From: Bacteroidota bacterium
GTDB lineage: Bacteria > Bacteroidota > Bacteroidia > Bacteroidales > GCA-2748055
Direction of reading: 5' to 3'
NCBI GenBank assembly: GCA_030637895.1
Contig: DAOWFP010000191.1
Span: 1-42,502, forward strand
Length of the DNA stretch: 42,502 nucleotides
The notes under the pieces are model-generated. The model saw only the letters and a list, made by a program, of their open reading frames with translations. It was not told the origin of the DNA and ran no database searches. How positions within the stretch are numbered: position 1 is the stretch's first letter; each line of letters opens with the position of its first letter. Of this stretch, positions 36,394 through 42,502 are shown in pieces. Made by a program: the position numbers and the translations under genes.

Positions 36394-38688
36394 ATGTTGA
36401 AAAAGTATTTCATACTCTGTATAATTGGTTTTATTCCCCTATTTGCTCAAGGACAGTCTGTTGGACTTGTACTCAGCGGAGGGGGAGTAAAAGGACTGGC
36501 GCATATAGGGGTGATCAAAGCCCTGGAAGAGAACAGGATCCCCATAGACTATATAGGAGGAACCTCCATGGGGGCTATTATCGGGGCTTGTTATGCCATG
36601 GGCATGAGCACGGATGAAATGATTGAGATTATCAGCTCGGATGAGTTTGGGTACTGGATGAGTGGAAAGATGGAAGAGGAGTATAAATACTATTTTAAAG
36701 CTGAAGAATCCGCCCCGGATATTTTGAATATTGGAATCGATCTGAAAGATACTGTTCCAAAAACAAGGTTGCCATTAAGCGTTATCCCAAACCACTTGAT
36801 GGATTTTGCTTTTATGGAGATCTTTTCCAGTGCCAGTGCGGCCGCAGGTTATAATTTTGATAGCCTGTTTGTTCCATTTTTATGCAATGCTGTAGATATT
36901 AGCAATAGCAGGGAAGTTGTATTCAGAAAGGGAGACCTGTCTCAGGCGGTCAGGGCCTCCATGACTGTTCCTCTTTACTTCCGCCCCATCGTGATGGATG
37001 GAAATATCATGTATGATGGCGGCATCTACAATAACTTTCCGCTGCAACATGTCCTGTCTCAATTTAATCCTGATGTGGTAATTGGAAGCAAGGCGGCTCA
37101 GGGAAACACCCCACCTGATGAATTTGATATTCTGGGCCAGATTGAAAATATAGTAATGAAACCTTCCAGTTATGAAATTGATCCGGAACGGGGAGTGCTC
37201 CTTGATATGGATCTTCAAAAACAATCTTTGCTTGCCTTTGATAAAATTGACGAGTTTGTTGAGGCGGGGTACCAGAAGACCCTTGAAAAAATGGACAGCA
37301 TTAAATTGCTGATCGGTAGAAAGGCTGAAGATTCAGCCACCATAGCATTGAGAAGAGAGGGCTTTAAGAATAGCTTCCCCGAGCTTCGCTTTAATGAACT
37401 TGATATTACTGGTTTAGATGACAAGCAGAAGGAATATGTGGAGCGCAGCATCCGAAAAACAGATTCCATTCTGGATGTGGATGAAATGAAACGAGAATAC
37501 CTGAAACTGGCCAACGACAAGAGTTTGTTTTATCTCTATCCGAGAGCAGTATACAAACCAGAAGACAGTCTGTTTACAATGAAACTCAGGGTGGTTCCCC
37601 AGGCGCCTCTTGAAGCCCGGTTTGGACTCTTTTTTTCAACCACGGGATTGGCGCAAACTTACCTGGGTTTCAGTTATCGGCAAATTTCAGAAGTAAGCGC
37701 ACTGCTGAAGGGCAGCATACAGTTTGGCCGCTATTATGATGGTGTAAACCTGGGTTTCAGATTTGATTATCCCGCAAAGATTCCGCTATTTTTTGAAGGT
37801 AACTTCAATTACAATGGATTTCAATACAATGCCTACAACACCACTTTCTTTTTCGAGGATCAGAAACCTTCTTATGTTACTGAGGATGAAATTAATATCA
37901 GGTTTGATGTGGGAACTCCGTTCCGGATCAATGGCCTTCTCAAAACCGGGTTGGGCGTAGGCAGGAACAAAGAGATTTACTATATGACCAAGGATTTTTC
38001 CTCCACCGATACTTCGGAAGTCTCCAATGTAAATAAGATTTCTCTTTATGTGGCAAGCGAACGAAGCACAAAGAATAACAAGCAATTTGCCACAGAGGGA
38101 AGCAGCCACAGCCATGCCATTCGCTTTGGTTATGGCATGGAATCATACAATCCGGGATCTACAGCCCTGACAGAAAACAATGAAAGCCTGAGTTTCTTCT
38201 GGTGGTCAGTAAGGCTTGAAAATAGTGGTTTTGTCCCCCTGAAAGGTTCGTTTTCTCTGGGCTATCATTTAAGGGTTCAGGCATCGTTTAAACCTTTGCT
38301 GAGTAACTATTATTCCACCATTATTGAGGCACCGGTCTTTCAACCAAATATAATTACCAATGGACTGTTTATGGAGCAATACAGGGCTCATCAGTTCTTT
38401 GCTGCAGGCCTGATGCCGGTCTACAAGTTCACAAAGCAGCTTCATGCCAAATTTGAAGCCTATGCTTATTTCCCGGTGCAGGAAATACTCATGGACGAAA
38501 ACAACAAGGCCTATTTAGGAAACTATTTTGAAAGCATGAGATCCATGGTCTTTGGTTCATTGAGTTTTGTATCGGTAGTGGGGCCGGTTTCACTCTACCT
38601 TGGATATATCAGCGATACGGAGAATCCCTGGATTGCACAGCTCAGTTTCGGCTACCTGCTGTTTAATAAAAAATCATCCGACGAGTAG
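36394..38688 (+). CDS. patatin-like phospholipase fused to a C-terminal beta-barrel-like (Omp85/surface-antigen-like) region
   Basis: Signal peptide, oxyanion GLVLSGGGVKGLAHIGV, nucleophile elbow GTSMGAIIGACYA (GxSxG), and catalytic Asp context MYDGGIYNNFP. The C-terminal ~400 aa are rich in alternating aromatic and hydrophilic beta-strand patterns. Confidence 0.8.
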   Translation: MLKKYFILCIIGFIPLFAQGQSVGLVLSGGGVKGLAHIGVIKALEENRIPIDYIGGTSMGAIIGACYAMGMSTDEMIEIISSDEFGYWMSGKMEEEYKYYFKAEESAPDILNIGIDLKDTVPKTRLPLSVIPNHLMDFAFMEIFSSASAAAGYNFDSLFVPFLCNAVDISNSREVVFRKGDLSQAVRASMTVPLYFRPIVMDGNIMYDGGIYNNFPLQHVLSQFNPDVVIGSKAAQGNTPPDEFDILGQIENIVMKPSSYEIDPERGVLLDMDLQKQSLLAFDKIDEFVEAGYQKTLEKMDSIKLLIGRKAEDSATIALRREGFKNSFPELRFNELDITGLDDKQKEYVERSIRKTDSILDVDEMKREYLKLANDKSLFYLYPRAVYKPEDSLFTMKLRVVPQAPLEARFGLFFSTTGLAQTYLGFSYRQISEVSALLKGSIQFGRYYDGVNLGFRFDYPAKIPLFFEGNFNYNGFQYNAYNTTFFFEDQKPSYVTEDEINIRFDVGTPFRINGLLKTGLGVGRNKEIYYMTKDFSSTDTSEVSNVNKISLYVASERSTKNNKQFATEGSSHSHAIRFGYGMESYNPGSTALTENNESLSFFWWSVRLENSGFVPLKGSFSLGYHLRVQASFKPLLSNYYSTIIEAPVFQPNIITNGLFMEQYRAHQFFAAGLMPVYKFTKQLHAKFEAYAYFPVQEILMDENNKAYLGNYFESMRSMVFGSLSFVSVVGPVSLYLGYISDTENPWIAQLSFGYLLFNKKSSDE

Positions 38689-38707
38689 TCAACGCTTGGG
38701 ATAATGC

Positions 38708-38715
38708 TACTTTTG
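38708..38715 (+). promoter_or_regulatory. -7 promoter box TACTTTTG upstream of flippase gene
   Basis: Exact TAnnTTTG match 20 nt upstream of the TTG start at 38735. Confidence 0.45.
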
Positions 38716-38734
38716 CAGAAACCTTGCCGATAGA

Positions 38735-40207
38735 TTGAAGAATCCCATTAAACAACTGTTCGGGCAAACTGCTGTATATGGACTGGGTATTGTGTTGCCA
38801 CGGCTTCTCAATTACCTGTTACTCACTCCTTTTTATACAAGGGTCTTTGAAAGGGCTACATATGGGATAATCACAGAGCTTTATGCGTATGTGGTATTTC
38901 TGCTGGTGATTCTTACCTATGGCATGGAGACAGGCTATTTCCGCTATGCAAGCAATTCGGAGCGCCAGGAACGGGTCTACACTACAGTACTGGGATCTCT
39001 GTTTGTTAGCTCTTCTCTTTTTATCATCTTTATGCTGTTCTGGTCGGGCCCAATCAGCTCTCTTATTGGCTATGAACAGCACCCGGAGTATATTAAATGG
39101 CTGGCTGCAATTGTGGGAATTGATGCTTTTACAAGCATTCCATTTGCCAGGATCCGTCTCCGCAATCAGCCCATTAAATACGCCTTAATACGTATCGTGG
39201 AGGTATCGATAAATATTGGGCTGAATCTCTTTTTTCTGTACTACTGTCCACGGCACACCGAATCAGAACTGGTCACCCTGCTTTATAACGAAAACATTGG
39301 CGTAGGATATGTGCTGATTTCCAATCTTATCGCTTCGTCCCTCAAGCTCCTCTTGCTAATACCTGATATTCTGGCTGCATTTCGCTCCGTTTTTGACCGG
39401 AGCCTGTTCAAAGAGATTCTCAAGTACTCTTACCCCCTGCTTATTGCTGGCTTGGCTGGGACGGTTAATGAAGCGCTAGACCGGATTCTTTTAAAACACC
39501 TTATACCCATTGAGCTGAATCCCATGGAACAGCTTGGGATTTATGGGGCCAACTATAAACTGGCTGTGTTGATGACGCTTTTTGTGCAGATGTTTAAATA
39601 TGCTGCCGAGCCTTTCTTTTTTTCTAAATCGGGGGAAAAAAATGCCAAGAAACTTTATGCCGATGTAATGATGTTTTTTGTGGTCGCCGGGCTCTTTATA
39701 TTCTTATTGGTAAACCTCTACCTGGACTATTTCATACTCTTTATCGGGGCCGATTTCCGTGAGGGGGTGCAGATTGTTCCGGTAGTACTAATGGCCAACC
39801 TGGTGATGGGCATCTTCTTTAATCTCTCCATATGGTATAAACTGACCAATCTTACCCGTTTCGGAGCTGTTCTGGTATTGTTAGGAGCATTGATTACTGT
39901 TGTTGTGAATGTGCTGTTTATTCCCAGGTATGGCTATGTGGCATCTGCCTGGGCCCACCTTTTCTGCTACAGCACCATGGTAATTGTATCTTATCTTTGG
40001 TCAAGAAAGCATTATGCCATTCCTTACCGGGTAGGGCGAATCTTAGCATATATAATTGCTGCGGTAGTTATATATCTAAGCAATGAACTATTTTTGCAAA
40101 ATATACCGGGACCTAAAAATGTATGGGCGCTGCTGCTTCTGATTGTATTTGGTACAGTGGTGGTTTGTGGAGAACGAAGGACATTTAATCATTATAAAAG
40201 CAGTTAA
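38735..40207 (+). CDS. MOP-superfamily oligosaccharide/polysaccharide flippase (Wzx-like)
   Basis: 490 aa with ~12-14 predicted TM helices and a composition typical of Wzx/polysaccharide-biosynthesis proteins. TTG start, with no in-frame ATG nearby. Confidence 0.65.
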   Translation: MKNPIKQLFGQTAVYGLGIVLPRLLNYLLLTPFYTRVFERATYGIITELYAYVVFLLVILTYGMETGYFRYASNSERQERVYTTVLGSLFVSSSLFIIFMLFWSGPISSLIGYEQHPEYIKWLAAIVGIDAFTSIPFARIRLRNQPIKYALIRIVEVSINIGLNLFFLYYCPRHTESELVTLLYNENIGVGYVLISNLIASSLKLLLLIPDILAAFRSVFDRSLFKEILKYSYPLLIAGLAGTVNEALDRILLKHLIPIELNPMEQLGIYGANYKLAVLMTLFVQMFKYAAEPFFFSKSGEKNAKKLYADVMMFFVVAGLFIFLLVNLYLDYFILFIGADFREGVQIVPVVLMANLVMGIFFNLSIWYKLTNLTRFGAVLVLLGALITVVVNVLFIPRYGYVASAWAHLFCYSTMVIVSYLWSRKHYAIPYRVGRILAYIIAAVVIYLSNELFLQNIPGPKNVWALLLLIVFGTVVVCGERRTFNHYKSS

Positions 40208-40647
40208 TGTCGATGAAAGTAAAAATAGTTAACAGTTCAGGGAATCCTCTGCCGGACTACAGCACATCCAGTTCGGCCGGAATGGATCTTCGTGCGAATC
40301 TGGAGCAAGAAGTCATCCTGAAGCCCCTGGAAAGGAAGCTAATACCCACGGGCTTATTTATGGAATTGCCAGAAGGATTTGAGGCCCAGATCAGACCAAG
40401 AAGCGGTTTGGCGCTAAAGAAGGGAATCTCAGTATTAAATACTCCGGGCACTATAGATGCTGACTACAGAGGGGAGATTGGAATTATTCTGGTGAATTTA
40501 TCCGATGAAGCTTTTGTGGTTGAGCATGGTGAACGTATTTGCCAGATGGTGATCAATAAGGTGGAAACCATTCAATGGAACAAGGTCGAATCACTGGATG
40601 AATCTGAGCGGGGCGAAGGAGGTTTCGGACATACCGGTACCAAATAA
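40207..40647 (+). CDS. dut: dUTP diphosphatase
   Basis: Motifs [18 protein letters not shown] and [20 protein letters not shown], with a C-terminal [12 protein letters not shown] overlap with the flippase stop. An alternative ATG exists at 40213. Confidence 0.95.
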   Translation: MSMKVKIVNSSGNPLPDYSTSSSAGMDLRANLEQEVILKPLERKLIPTGLFMELPEGFEAQIRPRSGLALKKGISVLNTPGTIDADYRGEIGIILVNLSDEAFVVEHGERICQMVINKVETIQWNKVESLDESERGEGGFGHTGTK

Positions 40648-40654
40648 GAAAAGA

Positions 40655-42361
40655 ATGAAGAAGAATGTGATTATAGGCTTAGTGCTGGGATTGCTGTTCT
40701 CCCTTGCATCCGTTTCCAGGGGCCAGGAGCAGAATGGCAACAGGGATTACCAATATGCTTTGATAGAGGCCGTTAAGCAAAAGAATATTGGAAATTTATC
40801 GGAGGCGATTAAACTTTATAGCCTTGTTATCAAGGATAAGCCGGATTGTGCAGTTGCTTATTATGAGGCGGGAACTATCTACCTGGCAACCAACCAATTA
40901 GATCTTGCGCGTAAGAATTTAAATAAGGCATATGAGCTTGATCCAGAAAATGAGTGGTATACCATTGCCTATCTGAATTCGCTGGGAGCATTGGAAGAAT
41001 TTGAAGAGGTGGTTGATATTTTGAAGGATAAAATAAAGGAAGATCCTGAGAAAACAGAGTGGGAATTCAAACTTGCCCTTAGCTATTTCAATATGGGTAA
41101 ATCTGGAAAAGCCATAAAAACACTGGAGAGAATCGAAAAAGAGAAGGGTTTCAGTGAGAAAATCACACTGCTGAAAGCCTCCATTTATGAGAGTGAAGAA
41201 GAATACGACCTGGCCAAGGAAGAGATCGAGAAAGTAATGCTTATTTTCCCTGAAGCGATACAGTTTCGAATAGTTGCTGCAGAACTCTGTTTAAAAAGCG
41301 GGGATGAGGATGCTGCCGCCGGCTACTATCTTGAGATCCTGGATGTGGATAGCATGAATATTTTTGCATTAACAAATCTAACAGATTATTACAGGAAAAA
41401 GGGGGATTTCAAAAACTCATACATATATCTGGCAAAATCTTTCAGCAGTACACAGATTGAGATGGACCGGAAAATGGCCATCCTGTCCTATTATCTTTCA
41501 GAGGAAGACCATATTATTAATTATTCTTCTGAGTTGAGCACAGTCATTGAGACCTTCGCAGAGACCCATCCGGAGGAGAGTGATATTAGTTTGCTTGCGG
41601 CAGATTTTTATATTCAGACCCAGGACTATTCAAGAGCCTATTTTCATTTAAAGAAGTACCTGGAACTTCAAAAGGGAAGCTACAACATCTATATGCAGAC
41701 CATCATGCTGGCCAATGCGGCTTCATTGAATGAAGAGCTTGTATTTATAAGCAGTAAGGCACTTGAGCAGTATCCGGATAGTGCTGATATCAGGTTTTTC
41801 AGGGGCATTGGATTTTATCAATCGGATGAATTTGAGGCTCTTATCGATAATTTTGATGGAATTTCCAAGGACAGGTACTCTTCACGGGAATATGCTTCAC
41901 AAGCCCAAATGCTAAGCGCTGAAGCTTATTACAGAATTGATGATTATGAGAGATCAGATTCTTTGTTTGAATCATTGATCAGGGAAGAGCCTGATAATTA
42001 TATGCTTTTGAACAATTACAGCTATTACCTGGCAGAGCGAGAAGAAAAGCTTGAAAAAGCAAAGGCGTGGAGTTCGGATGTGGTTAAGAATAATCCGGAG
42101 AACGCCACATTTCTTGATACCTATGCCTGGGTACTATATAAGCTGGAATTCTTTGAAGAGGCAGAGAAATATATTCTTAATGCTCTGGATAAAGGCGGAG
42201 AGAATGATCCGGAAGTAAACGAACATGCGGGAGATATTCAAAAGGCACTGGAGAGTTTTCAGGTTGCCACGTCATACTACCAAAAAGCGATTATACTGGG
42301 AGGAGATAGAGAGAAGCTGGAAGAAAAAATTGATCAGGTAAAGGTCAGGGAGCATGAATAG
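40655..42361 (+). CDS. exported tetratricopeptide (TPR) repeat protein
   Basis: The ATG at 40655 gives a signal peptide (MKKNVIIGLVLGLLFSLASVSRG). Multiple 34-aa TPR-like units follow (AIKLYSLVIKDKPDCAVAYYEAGTIY..., LDTYAWVLYKLEFFEEAEKY...). The ORF start at 40598 would overlap dut. Confidence 0.8.
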   Translation: MKKNVIIGLVLGLLFSLASVSRGQEQNGNRDYQYALIEAVKQKNIGNLSEAIKLYSLVIKDKPDCAVAYYEAGTIYLATNQLDLARKNLNKAYELDPENEWYTIAYLNSLGALEEFEEVVDILKDKIKEDPEKTEWEFKLALSYFNMGKSGKAIKTLERIEKEKGFSEKITLLKASIYESEEEYDLAKEEIEKVMLIFPEAIQFRIVAAELCLKSGDEDAAAGYYLEILDVDSMNIFALTNLTDYYRKKGDFKNSYIYLAKSFSSTQIEMDRKMAILSYYLSEEDHIINYSSELSTVIETFAETHPEESDISLLAADFYIQTQDYSRAYFHLKKYLELQKGSYNIYMQTIMLANAASLNEELVFISSKALEQYPDSADIRFFRGIGFYQSDEFEALIDNFDGISKDRYSSREYASQAQMLSAEAYYRIDDYERSDSLFESLIREEPDNYMLLNNYSYYLAEREEKLEKAKAWSSDVVKNNPENATFLDTYAWVLYKLEFFEEAEKYILNALDKGGENDPEVNEHAGDIQKALESFQVATSYYQKAIILGGDREKLEEKIDQVKVREHE

Positions 42362-42502
42362 GATTCATGGAATTCTTTTGCTGTTTGCGCTGGTGTTCCT
42401 CTGTGAATGCGGTGCAATGAAAGAGGCTCTTCAACCGAAGGCACCAGAACTGCTTGGTATGGAGGGCATGATGCAAAATTGTGATGGCACTGACACTATT
42501 AA
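42354..42502 (+). CDS. putative lipoprotein, 5' fragment (runs off window)
   Basis: ATG at 42354 overlapping the TPR gene stop. MNRIHGILLLFALVFLCECGA is a signal/lipobox-like sequence. The frame is open to the window end. Confidence 0.5.
   Translation, partial: MNRIHGILLLFALVFLCECGAMKEALQPKAPELLGMEGMMQNCDGTDTI

Noticed and set aside
1-42502. I searched for CRISPR arrays, tRNA/rRNA genes, transposases, integrases, phage genes, restriction-modification systems and other recognisable defence or toxin-antitoxin modules.
   Set aside because: No direct-repeat/spacer periodicity was found. No intergenic gap apart from 29170-29541 is long enough for an RNA gene. No ORF has recombinase, nuclease or methylase motifs that I recognise. 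The window reads as core chromosome.
29170-42502. The right-hand third of the window gave the impression of lower GC than the left, which could indicate a horizontal-transfer island or a chimeric assembly join at the long intergenic region.
   Set aside because: Hand counts of individual 60-nt lines ranged from about 32% to 60% GC on both sides of the putative boundary. Both sides also carry core housekeeping genes and the same TAnnTTTG promoter style. A proper sliding-window GC and codon-usage calculation would be needed, and I cannot support the claim.

Overview
This window is a chromosomal, largely housekeeping segment of a Bacteroidota genome. The phylum call rests on gene content and on recurrent TAnnTTTG -7 promoter boxes placed 17-33 nt upstream of start codons. 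By-eye GC is roughly 45%. About 40 tightly packed protein genes are supported. They include rnr, cysS, ispG, ispD, lgt, zupT, two CDF exporters, hemW, rpiB, nadA, ruvB, pheS and dut, plus outer-membrane, regulatory and glycosyltransferase genes. I see no rRNA or tRNA, no CRISPR array, no transposase, integrase or phage genes, and no recognisable defence or toxin-antitoxin module. I therefore cannot honestly point to a clear-cut novel system. Six things deserve a second look. (1) A 1385-aa signal-less fusion of a GT4-like glycosyltransferase, a ~460-aa unassigned region and a C-terminal phosphodiester-glycosidase-like domain, with a stand-alone paralogous glycosyltransferase 1.1 kb away. (2) A single in-frame TAG separates a tandem-USP gene from a PAS hybrid histidine kinase, and the kinase's first PAS domain is only complete if the stop is ignored. 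(3) A translationally coupled lgt-zupT-CDF-CDF-(RIC/hemerythrin-like)-(pseudo-receiver LuxR) operon combines a metal importer with two exporters. (4) A 372-bp AT-rich divergent control region between rpiB-rrf2 and nadA is packed with TTAACA/TGTTAA inverted repeats. (5) ispD is start/stop-coupled to the hybrid kinase. (6) There is a patatin plus beta-barrel protein with type-Vd-like architecture. All functional calls come from motif recognition by eye, and no database search was possible.
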